Shown: positions 23,159-36,427 of the stretch, piece by piece
How positions within the stretch are numbered: position 1 is the first letter of the stretch
Layout of the letters: each line of letters begins with the position of its first letter
Notes under the pieces: generated by a model
Databases searched by the model: none
What the model saw: only the letters and a program-made list of their open reading frames with translations
What the model was told of the DNA's origin: nothing
Origin: Raillietiella orientalis
Taxonomy: Eukaryota
Length of the DNA stretch: 64,000 nucleotides
Direction: 5' to 3'
Assembly: GCA_036172245.1 (NCBI GenBank)
Contig: JAYWIR010000039.1
Span: 806,001 to 870,000 of the forward strand
Program-made: the position numbers and the translations under genes

Positions 23159-24907
23159 GCCACCCCTGCAGGCTTGCACCTGCCACCAAGATCACTGCCG
23201 GCTCCAGACAGCAGCTCGCGCCCGAACCCGGACCTTCTGCTCGCTCGTCGGCATCCCCCGAGGAACCTCCTCCGCAACCCGCGCTTGAGTGCCACCCACC
23301 CACCTCCTGCAGAACGGCGCTTCCGGCGGTGGGCACCTCGTCGCCACCAAACCCTTCCTGAATTCCGTGCTTGAGGTGTCTCCTGCTCTCCCTCAGAGAC
23401 CGACGCGGCACCCTTCATGGGGAGCGCTAACCCAAAGTCCGCTTCATCCCAAAGAGCCCGTTCCGACCACCTTCAAGCGGTGGCCGGCAGGTGGCAGCCT
23501 CCGCGCGCCTGCCATTCCGGTGGCTCGGAGGAGGATTTTCGGACTACCCCCTTTACCGGTTGGCATTCCACTCTTTCCTTCTACCTCGACGAGTGCCGGA
23601 TAACCCGCGGTGTTGGCGGTTGCGTCGATGATGACTGGAGACGACTCTCAGTGGTGATGCCTTTGCTGCTGTTGACGATGATCACACTTTAAGAACACGT
23701 TACAGCTCTTAAGGACACTTTGCACATCGTAGTGTTTGCAGACCCACTTTTTTCTGGCTCCCTCCTGGCTTGGTGCAGTTCGTGACGTAACCGAGCGTGG
23801 GATGACTCGGGGAACGACTGCGGTTTCTTTCCAGAGGCAGCATCCAGCCAAGGGAGACTCGTATGGCTATGGGTGCAAGAAAGGAAGCTCTCAGAGGCGC
23901 GTTGTTGAGCGTTCATCACACTGCCTTGCTGCCTTCCTTCGTTCGAACCGGCTCGCTTCTCAGAGGACATGGTCCACTGAGAAGGCACTCTCGAGAGAGT
24001 CGCGAGGCAATCGTCCCGTGTTTCAGAGGACAAACTACAGGAGCAGAGAAGGGCAAAAGCTACCGCGAGCTTTGGTGGAGCTGCTTGTACCTGCCGTCTG
24101 TCCTCTGTCCCAGCTGGGTCGCCCTCTCTTTCCTCCCGTCTTCAGTTGTGCGTGGCATTTCCATGGCAGACACCTCAGACAGTCGCAAAGAGTTCCCACT
24201 CGTCTCTGCTCTCCATCCACCGTGGGGAACCATCTGATTCTTCGAGGGCAAGGTTCCTTGGGATTTTCGCCACGGTTGAGACTTGCCCTGGGAGGAGGAG
24301 GATTATGAGGTCTCGCTGAAGAGTAGGGAACTGTGGATCCCTTTTGCGAACTGCGTCTTGAACTGCTCTGGGGCGGGGGAAGGGGTGATGCAAGGCAATG
24401 AAAATATTGGAGTCATGCAGACTTCCTCAGAGTCATCCGAACACCATATCATGGTGGAACGATGGTGATTCTCCCAGTTTTCTCTTCAGGGGCTCCCAAG
24501 AAGAACTGATGTCGAGACACTTGAAGATCCCTGGTGAACACACGACTCGAAAACGAAAGACAAAAAGAAAAACAAAAACAAAAGATGGAGAGATGAGGTC
24601 AGCTTGGCAAGCTTGTTCCTCGACGTCCCCTGGGAAAGCACAGGAAGAGATTTCTGATCCCACCTCCTGTGCGGATGCTCGATGGCAAAGATTCCACTGG
24701 AATCAGGTTGGTACATCTCGAGTGGCACATTACAGGAAAGAACGCTCGTCGGTGCTCGAAAGTTACTTCCAGGAGGCCAGCGACAGCACACTTTCGCGCC
24801 CCTGGGCTGAAATCTGAAGATCGAGTCCGCCCTTCGCTCCGAGAGACCCGGTCTTACTGCCCCTCATCAGCTGAGGCGCCCCTTGGGTGACCTCATCCCG
24901 GATTGCC

Positions 24908-25600
24908 AGGCCATTTATTTAACATAAAGAAATAAAACTTTTGCAGCTGCAGAAGAACTGACAACCGAACTAGGGAAGAGTGGAGGATGCGGAAGAGGGA
25001 GGGACAGTAAATAAATAAACAAATACGGAGTGGGATGGACAGGTCCCGCTGTACTTAGCTGGACGGGGAGGTTCGAAGGGACTCAGGAAGATAGTGGGCA
25101 GAGTTACGATACTCCGGCGAATGCATTCCCATCCCGTTTCTTCCCTGCCCGACTCAGACATCCTCAGTCCCCTGGAACCTCCTGTCCCAGATGGCGCCAT
25201 CTCACTGCTCCTCCGCCTGCGGGAGATGGCATCGCGAATGCATTCCAGGATTGCTCTGCCGCGCCCCTCCCTTCGTTTCGGTGGTCAGCGTTGCTCGCGA
25301 CGTAGCAGAGGACCGCTAGCGAAGAGGTGGCCGGTAACTCTGGAGAAGCAAAGGTTCATCGAAACGTGTCCAGAGGGCAGCGTTGCAGAAAACCGAAGCG
25401 ACCAGCTGAGACGCTCTGTCTCTCGCGAGGCGGTCTTCCGCAACTGAGGAGCACGTGAGGCTGGGTTGCCCCTATCCCGAGGCGGGCGCTCTCCCCGCCA
25501 AGGTGCGGTGGTGGCGTCCTCGCTTCGGGTGCACCGCCGGCAAGATGGCGGCGGACTGCCGAGAATGCAGGGGAATTTTCACCCGGTCACTCCAGAGCGT
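24908..25600 (-). mobile_element. More degenerate LINE 3' fragment
   Basis: Minus-strand remnants PHVLLSCG and ILECIRDAI occur in the expected order, followed by a TTTATTTACTGTCCCTCCCTCTTCCG UTR-like tract and AAATAAA. Confidence 0.5.
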
Positions 25601-27908
25601 TCATCGTAAAAAGAAGCCATACTTACAGCTGACCTGTCAACAAAACAACAACAACAAAAGAGTCGTTCCTCCGTGGTGGGATCGCGATCCCGCTACGTCA
25701 GCAAGAGCTCCGAAAGCGATTGCTGCTCGCGAGCAGTTTGTCGACAGAGGTCCGCACAGGCAAAACGGAGGAGTGAAGGGTGGCAGGAGTGAACAAGAAA
25801 CACAATAAACAACAAAAGGAGTTGCTTTCACAAGTTTCAGGGAAGGGAAAGAGATCACAGCAACCTCTCTGGCATCCTCAGAATCCTTTCCAGGATGCCA
25901 GCAAGCTCCTCCTTGCGATGCGCGATCAGCTTTGCAGGATGGGGGCTCGTAGAAGCAGAGACAGGATTGTTAATTCATTCTGGGAGGTGGCAGCTTTCCT
26001 AGAACAGAACTCTTCCTCCACGAGCAAAGAAGAAGGGGTGAGGAGGGGAGAAGGGGGCAAGGGATCTCATTTGAAGGGAAAGGAGGGAGGGAAGAAACCC
26101 CCTTCTGAAGTTTTCCTTCTCTTTCTAATGCCTCAGGGACATTTGCACTGGTGGCTGAGACCACAGTGCGGTTCACGCTCAGTGGCTCCGGAAGGGACGT
26201 CATAGCGCTGGGGGAAAGAGAGACGCCAGGAGCCACTGTCCCAGAACCACATGCTCTCAGATGAAGCAGCCGGGGATGTTCACCCACTAAGGGAGGAAAC
26301 TCCGGAGGGGAAATCGGAGATGCCAGGTAACGAGAAAAAGCAAGAAGGAGAAGAGGAACAAGGGGTAGAGAGGGAAAGAAGCAATGGAGAGGTGGAAGAG
26401 AAGGAGGAAGGGAAGAGAAATAGAAGATGGTTTTCCTAGATGCATAGCGCTCTCTCCTTTCTCTGGGTCATGTCGAAAGGCCAGACGACGGCGAGGAGGA
26501 GGAAGAAGAGGGAGGGAATGCTGAAGAATGGTCTCTCTAGAGGAGATACAAGGGTGGTTTTCTCTCAGGGATCCCACTTTTGCCCACCCAACTACGCCTC
26601 CGGACGTTTCCTTTGCTTCCCGTTTTTCCCACGCTCCTTTCCTTCGTCTGGAGGGCAGCCGCGTCGAGAAAAAAAAGGAGGCAAAAGAAAAAAGAGAAAA
26701 AAGAAAAATTCTGGCGGCGCGTCCGCGCACTGCCTCGGCGAAGCCGGGGGGCTCCCTGCACGACTTGTGGGCATGCAGAAAGTGGGGGGACCCGACTGCG
26801 TCGGCGGTTGCGCCGCCGATCCGAGACACCTGACGCGGCCGATGCTCGCGTCAGGTGTCCCTGCCATGAGTCACGGTAGCGACCTTGGCGCTGGCTCCCC
26901 CTCGCCAACGCGCACGCGCACCTAGGGCGCTGTTCATCACCCTTTCATTCCTCTTCCACGGCCGTTTTGGACGGACCTTGCGCCTGCTCCCTCTGCGCAC
27001 GTGGATCTATGCGCGGGAGCTCTCAGCTAGGCGTTGCTGAAGCTGTTTGGGAGATGATTCCTCCCCACCTTCCTCTCATGCAGCGGTTGAGCGCTTTCGG
27101 GACTCAGCTAAGGTTGAGGGACAGCGGATGGACTGGGTCCGGTCTAGATTTCCTCTCGAGAAGGAGTGGGGCAGCTGGTCCACCCGAAGGGTCTACGCCA
27201 CGACGGAACCCGAAGTCGCCCGTCTCTCCAGGGACTGCTGCCTGAGGGTTGGTGCTGCTCTGCACTTGTCCTTCGCCTGTGAGCACCCTGCACGTATGGT
27301 GAGGCTGAGCGTCTAGAGCCTCTGGGAGGTCGCAGTTCTCTCAGAGCAGCTGCCGTGTGTCCTCCTTGGCACTGTAGGCGTCTTTTCCCGGTTCTCTAAC
27401 GCCCGTGGTCAGCGTTGCACAGTCTCCGGAAGAAGCTGGTTCCCTGGGAAACCTAGAGGAGCAAACCTTACGCCAATCCGCCGCTCTCCGGAACGGAAGG
27501 AGCGGAACGGAGCTACCCTCGCGCAGTCCCAGAGTGCGGTCTGGAGCAGCAGCCAGGCAAAGAAATTCCCCCCCTCACACGCACCTCTTCCTCTTGGTCA
27601 CAGGACCTCATTATTCCCTCCCAAGCAGCTGAGGTCTCTCTGCCGTCCTGGAGACTGCCCCCGCGAGCCAGGAAGAGTCTGTGGCGCGGTAGCTGCACTC
27701 AGGACCCTCTTCACAGGAAGAGAAGGAAGAAAAACAAGAACGGACGACCCCGCCTTTCCTTCCGGTCCCTTGAGAGCTGCTTCCTCTTCGGTCTGGGCTT
27801 CATCGCAAGCGGTGGCTGCTCCCGAGGACTCGGTGGGACCCTTGCGGAGAAACTCATGCCTCACCGCAGCCGACAAACAGCTGGACCTCTGCCGATTCCT
27901 TTGGTGCT

Positions 27909-28037
27909 CCAAAGAGGCCCAGACGTTTCCAAGATGTTTCGCAGGAGTCTCAAAGAGGCCTCAAAGATGCTGCAAAGGGAGCGAAAGGTACCTAAAAAGT
28001 GCTTCAGAGATGCTGCAAAGACATCGCAAAGAGACCC
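27909..28037. repeat. Degenerate ~11-bp minisatellite (CAAAGATGCTG-like), about 12 units
   Basis: Units include CAAAGAGGCCT, CAAAGATGCTG, CAAAGGGAGCG, CAGAGATGCTG, CAAAGACATCG and CAAAGAGACC. Confidence 0.75.
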
Positions 28038-31000
28038 GTCTTAAAACGAACCGCAGAGATTTCCATCCCGAAGGAGTGCATCAAAGGTGCTCGAAAGATT
28101 CCAGGATTTTCCCATCCCAGAAAGATTTTTAGCATGGCTGCGAAAGAAAAAAAAGGGGGAGGTGAAGGAAAGAGTGGGAGAACTGTGCTGCGGTGAATAT
28201 CAGTCCTTTAGAAGCCGTCTCTGCAAAAGAGATGGTGGGAGATGCGTGTGTGCAACGTTCCTGAGAGGTTCCTGATCAGGGGATGCTTTTCCAGAGCAGC
28301 GTCCCTCCTCCCTCCCCCTCTCCCGTAGCACATGTGCTGTTCTTCGCTGCCGAATGCTGCCAGCGCGAATCTCCCAGCATGTTCCAGAAGATGTCAGTTC
28401 GCTCGAGATGGGGTGCCCCTTGAAAAGTTTTGCCCGTCCGTCGAGTGTGACACGGGCCCCCTTCCAGCGCCTGGAGTCCATCTGCAGCGGCAGCGCATCC
28501 GGGAGGGCTGGTGACGCTTGAGGACCCTCGCTTTGAACGAACTAGAAAGCCAGGAGCTGGTGCAGATGGTGAGGCGCCTGGAGAAGGCGAGTCCGCCTCC
28601 AGAAAGAGCGCACCCGGAAATGGCAATGCGCCGGGACCTTTCGGCCCTAGCCGCTGCCACCGCCACCAACACCAGAATACAGTTCAAAGCTGGGAAACTG
28701 ACATCCTCCACACGCCTCCAGAAGCTGTGAACAATCTCATCAGCAGACTTTCCTCTCCCTCGTGCTCCCGAGCTCCTGGCGCGCCCCCGATTCGTAAGGG
28801 ACGGTGCCGACGGCGGCACCGGACGCTCCGTAATTTTCTCGGCGCCTCGCAGCGGACTGCGCTCTATCGCTGGCCTCCCAGCGATAGAGCACTCACTCCC
28901 AGCGACCGGAAGAGGGACACGGGGTGCGCTCCTCTCCGGAAGCTTTCTGCTCCCGCCGCAGCCGGCGCTGCGAGCACCCGAGCTTCGTCGTCCAGGGGCA
29001 AGCTTGCGCCGAGCACGCAACGAGGGGGGAGAGGTCTTCGCATAGCCTGCGCGGATCGACGCTCCTCTTCCCCCTCCTCCTCCTCCTCCTCCTCCTCCGG
29101 CGGAAACCACGAGGCGAAAGCTGGCCAAAGGGGCAAACTCCGGGCGCTCCTGACGGCGGCTACGATCCTCACGACAGCGGGACCCGCGCCGCGGCGTCTG
29201 CTTCCCGCGCGCTGCTCCCCGCTTGCAAAGCAGCTGCGTCGTATTTTCCACGGAGTCAGTCTCCCAATGCCTTTCTGATTGTTGAATGGCACCCGAGACG
29301 TTTGACCTGTTTCGCACGTTCCACGGGCTGGCTGCATTTTATTTGCTCGAAGAGGAAAGAGGGAAGCGCGTAGTCGTGCGTCTTTATGTGACCATCTGGA
29401 CCGCTTTCATCGAACTGATTCTCGTCTTGCAAGTGTGGTGGTGGATGCGGGAAGCACGCGAGCTCGGCTCACATGACCTACAGCGCAACAGATGTGTAAT
29501 CGCAGATTATGAGGACGCTGACGGGAACAAACAGGAGAGTGAAGAAAGCACTTGTTCTCCCGGCGGTAATTGAACTGCAGAGTGTCCCTCCGGTTCTTCC
29601 AGCTTTCCGACATCAAGGGAGCGTCGATCCATGTCCGCGCTGGCCGAACCGCGCTCAAGGGGCGTTCGAGGTGATGACGAGAGGCGGCACCGCTGCTGGC
29701 ACCACCTGGGCAAGTGGGACTAGGGGTCTCCCTAGTCCCTCTTTCCCAGGTGGTCTTCAGGAAGACCATCCCGCGCAACCCCGGAGCGATGGACACGCAA
29801 CAGCAGCTCCCCCTTGAAGCTGTTCAGTGCGATCCCCATCCACGAAGCTCACACCACGATGCGGTCCATCCCATCTGGTTCTCATGGAATCGACTCAAAA
29901 ACCCCCGACCGACTTTATATCTCCCGCGCTCTCCATAGCGTTCCGAATCTCCCTGAAAACGAAGCACTTGCGTTTCGCTCTTCATTTCTCGCTCATCATC
30001 AATTCTAAGTTGAAATTGCTCGTTACCCATTACCTCCTCCCTCCTTTCCTCTGCTGCAGAACATCTTTGGAAACACCGATTTTTTTTCCCCCCTCCCTTG
30101 GCGGGAAACACTTTCTCCCGCATGGCGTCCTCCTCCGAGTTGCTTGAGTGTCTGAGCAAACGAAACGATCGGCATCTCCCTGCAGATCGCAGACTTCATT
30201 TCCAAACTCCCTGCTTGTCGCGTTCCTGGACGCGAGAAGCGGGGATCCTCATCTCCTGGCTTCCCGCGCTCGGGCGAGGGACCCGTTCGGTTCAGAAATC
30301 GACTCCAGAAAATCAGGAGGCAAAAAACTCCTCGCGGTCATACGGCACGTGCACGCACTTTGTGTGCTTTTTTTTGTTTGTTTGCTTTCCATTTGTGTCT
30401 TTCGATCCGCGCGGTTTTCCCGATTCTTTCTATCCGTTTCCGCACGCGTGAACAGGGAGAGGCGGGTGCCGACTTCTCCGATGGTCGGAGACCGCAATTT
30501 GCGCAGATTTCGGGTCCACCCCGGCGAGACCAAGTCAGTGAGTGAGTATGCAGCGTATGCATACGGCCTTCTTACGCGCAAATGGGGGGCTTTGGAAACA
30601 GATCCGTTCATTTCTTCCGCTTGCTAATGGTGAGTTGCTCCCTGTGAAGCCAACAGCGCAGTGCTCTCGGAGGTCTCGAGTATTTTCTTAGCTGCCTCTT
30701 TCCCACGGCATCTGGTCATCTGGATGAGGAAAAAATAGGGAAAGCAAAATGCTGTTATGGCCGAAACTTCCCTGTAAAAGAGGAAAACGCTCCTTGCCTC
30801 GCTTCTCATTCTTGTAGTTTTTCCGGGCAGGCCGTTCGACCTCTAAGAAGTCGCCATATCGGTGCCTGCTTGTGGGCGGAAGTGAGCCTGAAAGAAGAGC
30901 CGGACTCCATGGTGATCAGCACCGTGAACACGAGTTGCCGCCAGATCAAATTTATACGTCTTTTCGGCTGTGACGTTGTTTCGAAAGATACGAGACAGAA

Positions 31001-31166
31001 GGGCTGTCAATGAGTGTGTAAATCGGTTCGAGGATGTCTGCTGGGCGCAATGTTTTGTTTCCTTCGGCACCCGTTATCATACCCCGAATAGCATCTTCCT
31101 TAGAAACCAACTACTCTCACTTTGCTCTTCATTTCACGCTCCTCAGCAATGCTAAGTTGGGATGGT

Positions 31167-31277
31167 GCCTATTAATAGAATGCAACAATACCTCGGGCAA
31201 ACATCGGAACCATTTTCCGCATTAGCCTATTAATAGAATGCAACAATACCTCGGGCAAACATCGGAGCCATTTCCCG
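31167..31277. repeat. 58-bp-period direct duplication
   Basis: GCCTATTAATAGAATGCAACAATACCTCGGGCAAACATCGGA occurs at 31167 and 31225. Confidence 0.95.
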
Positions 31278-34200
31278 TAACAATAGAAAACATAATTAGC
31301 AAAGGAAATGGCAATTATCTATATATATAAAAAGCTTGTTCATTTCCCCAAAGGTTCGTGGCATATCATAACTTGAGCACGCATTCGAAGGGAAGAAGAA
31401 AGCGACGGGCAAAGTCTTAAGGCGTCCACCTCGTGTAAACTCAAACACAACAGGTGAGGAAGATCTGCAAGTTCCGTTCCACGACTCATTTTCCGCTATC
31501 TCTGGGTATTGAAAAATAAATGGGGGCGAACTGTTTCCCTCTTGGATCTAACGTACCGCGATGCAAGATCTTCCACAACTTGCAAGATGCAACGCATCTG
31601 CTTTCGTTGCCACGCCTCTGCTTTCGTTTGCAAGCTGAATTGAAACATCGATAGAACGAAATGATGCAAACCATCGACTCGCTGATCACGACCGCTGCTG
31701 TGACAAAGTGCGCCTAAGCACGAGTGCTCGTGTTTTCGAATGTTCTGGAAAGTCATCTCCGCAACCGCTAGAGACTTCCTGAATGAACCAACGCCTTTGG
31801 ATCGTCTCCGCAGATGCGCAAAGTGGCGCCTGTGTTTACTCTCCCCATGTTTCAATGTGTATCCAAACACTGGGGACGAGTTTCCGCGTGGCGGAGATTG
31901 GACACATGGAGGGTAGGTTTTTCGACCTCATCACCTTGCTGAAGACTCTTTTTGAAGGAAGCAACTGATGCTCTGGCATGTGCTCCTGAAGGCTCGTACA
32001 TGACAGGAATTTTTGCACACGACTGACGAAATACATCAATCACGCGACAATTCTGCTCGTTCCTCTTGTTGTGCTCCTCTCGAACATGCTGATCCATCGT
32101 CATCTCGATACGTTCTTTGAGCGTCCTCGACGCCGGGCGTAGGGGAACCCAGAAGACGTGCACGTAGTAGTCAGGTGCCGCATGCTCCGAGCCCGAAGCG
32201 GACCGCAACCACGTTCCTGCTAGCGAGGATCATTCCTCTGTTCCACAGCCAAGCGCGCGGGGCATTGCCACAGCGCGAGCCCCGCTGCTGCCATCAGCGG
32301 CACATTCCTTCGGCGCAGATTCGAGGCTACCGGGGTTGTACGGCACTGGAGGAAGGACGCGGGAGCTCCCGTCGAGACTTGTCCCTGGAAAACACGCTCG
32401 CCAGGAGGAGGCAGCTTCGCGAGACCGAAGCTCCGAACTTCCACTCTCTCCTTCTCTTTTTTCTTTTTTTTCCCCTCCGACGTCACCCACTTTGAGCGCC
32501 ATTGAGGTGAGCCCTGTGAACAACCCGTGTCCTCGAGAACGCAAGTTCGCCCCGACCGGAGTCGGATGCGGTGGAGATGAACACCCTCTCAAGTTTCGCG
32601 CAAGCGACCCGAGACGTGTCACACGCGAAGAGCTTCCGCTGCCACTGAGAGAGAGTATTTACACGCAGCCCGCACCCCTACGCCCAACAGGGGCGCACCA
32701 GGTTCGCACGGGCTCCGGCTTCTATTTCCCGAGTCAAGTCTTCCGCTACTGTAGCAGCTTTCCTCCTCGTCGCAGCCTCTCCTGTTTGCTTTCCCATCTT
32801 CCCCGTGACTTCCTTTTTGCTCTGCATCCTCCCGCATCTAGAAAACTTTATCCTTTTATCCCCTGAGATTCGATTTTTGATTGGCTCTTCGCTGCTGCTG
32901 CGGCTGCAGTTCGAGGCCTTCCACCAAACATGGCGATACACGTAGTGCGCGGGAGGTTCCAAAAGGGCAGTTGGCGCGGGAGGTGATGTAGCAAGGTGGA
33001 GGAGCGGTTAGCAGTGCGTACGGTCGACGTCACGCCGAGCCGGCGACCCGCATTCACCACCTGCACTCGAGCGTACGCAAAAAGAGGTTTATCTCCTGAA
33101 ACCGGTAAACGAGGGTCACCTTACTCGAGCACCCGCGCGTCTCCCAGGAGGCGTCCAGCAGGAAGCGGGCGCGTGCTTGCCCGCAGTCATCGCTTGGAAC
33201 GCGGCGAGCGACCTCAGCGGGAGCCCGCCCCCCCCGGCCGCATCGTGAAACGCTCTCGGGTAGCGCACGAGAAGGGGGGGAGGTGGGGCGGTGACAAATC
33301 CTGCAGGCCACCAGCCTTCAGAGGAAACTTCTTGCTCCTCTCAGCAGGTCGCGTGACGGCCGTCAGGATAGCTGGGAGAACGCAGGGAGGAGGAGGAGGA
33401 GAGAGAATCCCCGAACGTGGTTTTTAGTGTGAGGAAAAAAACGCGTCTCCAGAGAATTCGCCTCCATCCATTGCCAGAGTGCGCCCCGCGATCCAGGGGT
33501 CTCCGTCCATGCCCTCCGGAGCAGCCAACGAAACGCTCGGAAAAAAAAAAAAAGTTTTTTCGGAAAAAGAGTGGAGGAAATATTTGGCAAGCGCATGACG
33601 AAAGTGGAGTCGTGCGTTCTTTCTTTATCCACTGATTCTATGTTACAGGGAGCACCTGCATAGGGAGCACAGCTGCTCCTAATCGCTTTGAGTCATTTCG
33701 AATTACTTCGGTTCATGTCAGGCGTGTGTCTGCCTTCCACCTTAACACTTGCTCCGTTCTCCTGAGTTGAGGCGAGGCAAGGTTCCATGAATCTTCTGGA
33801 TTGCGAAGATCCGTTCCCTGGAGGAGGCGCGCGGGCTCTCGGACGCATTTGGGAGATGTCCCAGCCAACCGGCGGACGGGAGATCGCTCACCTGCCGGAA
33901 CAGGGACTGCTAGGGAGGCGCCACGGTTTTCGTTCAACGACCGGGATGCTGCTTCTTCGATCTCGTTAGCATAATCGAGCAAATATTTGGCGCGTGTGTT
34001 GTGTCGGCACCGTCTGCTCAAAAAAGTTCGCTCGCAGAACGCGCGCGCGCGCGTGGGGTGCCTTCGACTGCGCGCGTTCGTCGTTTCATTCGCTTCCCTT
34101 CGCCGGGTGCCAGGGAACTGCCTCCAAGCGAGGAACTCATCGCTGCGCGCATCAGGACCCGGGGTCTTCTGCAGGCACGCCCCTGGCTGCCGCAGCGCTG

Positions 34201-35632
34201 CCAGGGATGTGCCGAAGAGCGCATCACGGAATACCTTCGATGCTTCTGGTGCGATGCGAACGGTGATTGGATGCGGCAGAATGACCGCAGATGTTTCGTG
34301 GATTTCCTTCTTCTTCTTCATCTCCTGTTTTTTTTTTTTTTTTTTCCCCCTCTCTCGATGTCAAAGCAAATTGAATATTCCCCGGCATGCGGCATCCGCA
34401 TTCAAAAGGCAGCAGCCAGGTTCAACGCGGAGTCCCGCGAAGTCTTTTGTTGCCTCCTCCAAAACCACATCTCTTAGAAAGTCATTTTTTCTTGCTGAGC
34501 AGCAGCCCGGTTGGAAGAAGATGCGCAGTTTTTTTCAGACTGGCGTTTTGGAGGAAAAGTTGGAACCGTCAACTTCTCCTCCTCGCTAAGGGGGGGTCGA
34601 GGGGTATCTCTTTTTCGGGGTTCCGCGAAAGAGAATGATGCTGAGGATTGCGCAGAGCAAAAAGCAAAGGATTCTTTTTGTTTTTTTTTTTCGAGTGCGT
34701 CTCACCACGGTCCCCCCACTCTTAAGAAAACTCTCCAGCGGTCCACCGGCCTTTCGCGCCCACCCCGCTCGCTGGTAGCAGAAATTAAACGTTCGCGCTT
34801 CGAGGATCGTCGCCCGGCAACGCTTGGCATCCGGAAAGTCATGAGGAGCAGCAGGGATGCATTTATAGACTGCTTCTCTTCAAAAGGCACGCTGTTTTTC
34901 ATGCTCCGCAGCACGCATTGCTTCGCCGACAACAAAACGCGCCATCTATATGAGATAAACCAAAATAACGTGCTCATTGCTCTGCAAGAGAACCAGACAT
35001 GCGCCCGATAACAAGAGAGCCAGTTCGTGGCTTCCAGTCGAGTCTTCCGATATGGCTGCAGCCTCCATTTCAAATCCCGCCGTGGGACTTCGCTACAATT
35101 GGAATCTCAAGATGGCTAACGTGTTCTTAAAGAAGCTGCAACCACTTTTAAAGGTTACGGGAGCGAGGAGCAGTATTCCGAGATAACATACACGTGTTTC
35201 CCGTTCGAGGTAGCAAATGATTCAGCTCCGCGAGCAGCAGGTATTCCTCGGGAATGAATCTTCCAAGAACAACCATTGCTCGGGATGTCATAAATTTCCA
35301 TGCGCACGCCTCCCGGAGCTCTACGCATTCTCCGAAGTATTCTCCTTCCCCTTGTGAATGCATACGCGCGTTTTCGGGAGGAAAGATATTATTCACGCCG
35401 TCCTCCAAATGGCAGAGCGTGTGCGTAGAAAGTCCCGCGAAAGGTTGAGCTGCTGCCGTGTCTCTTTGACGCCTTCTTGAAAATCTGGACGGGCGAGTTC
35501 GAGAAAGACAGAATCGAAATGAAAAATGAGAATAAGGAAGAGCAGGGAGGAAGGGCAGTGCTCAGGGGATGACGGGAATCCTTTTGGATTCTTCTGTTTT
35601 TGCTGCTTTCCCCCCGGTTTTGTCTTGCTTGG

Positions 35633-36427
35633 TTTTTTTCCTTTTTACTTTTCTTTGGCTAACCAAATTCTGAAAAAGCGTTCGCCTCCGTGGGGGGAGT
35701 CCACGAAGCACTTTACCGCTGTTCTCGTCACCCAAGGGTGCGTGCTAACTCTCCAAGTTGTAGAAGATTACCTCGAAGTGATCACCCTATGAATCCAGAA
35801 AGAGCTCTGGAGGAAGAAGTCCGTTCCTCTCTTGCTCTTGGGAAGGTACCCTGAAGAGAACCCTCTCCCTGGTTGTCTCCGAAGAGAATCTCTTCCTTAT
35901 TCTCTCCGTATGGACCCCAAAAGGGGCCGCTGTTCATTTTTTCTCTGGAGATAGCCCGTAAGGGAAGCGCTCCTTGTTTTACACCTCTGAAGAGGACCCC
36001 AGAGAAGGGGCGCTTCCCAATTTCTCCGAAAGGTCCGCTCTCCGGAGGGAGCAGCGCGCTTCTCGACGTTCTGGAGAGGCATTAGTCCACCAACTCCATG
36101 GGGCGAGACGGAGGGTCCTTCTTCCCCACTAGGGGAAAAGGGAGCTCAATTTTCACAACCAGAGGCGAACTCGGAAGGGAGCTGGCTCCTTAATTCCTGG
36201 GAGGACTCCGGAATCCCGGCACGTCAGCGGGGACGTTTGGTTTCCGGCTTCCAACCAGTGCCGCACCCGAAGCCAACCGAGGCCAGCCAGCGTCATCCTG
36301 CGGGGAGAAATAGAAACCCACGACAACGCACCCATTTTCTCGGAGTCGACCCTCAACGTGGGGATTCGAACCCTCAATTCTTGGCACAATGCGGCCGGAG
36401 ACCGCTGTCACTCCGCCGCCAACACGG
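35633..36427 (-). mobile_element. tRNA-headed SINE-like element, copy C (longest, ~800 nt)
   Basis: B-box at 36362-36372 on the minus strand, colinear homology to copies A, B and D, and an A-rich tail at about 35633-35656. Confidence 0.85.

Noticed and set aside
28394..29317. Long overlapping ORFs on both strands (also 7647-8570, 19829-20989 and 9571-10173)
   Set aside because: GC-rich or antisense shadow frames with no protein-like features.
31167..31277. CRISPR-like repeat (also considered for the 18-bp and 11-bp arrays)
   Set aside because: Simple tandem duplications without unique spacers, in a eukaryotic context with no cas genes.
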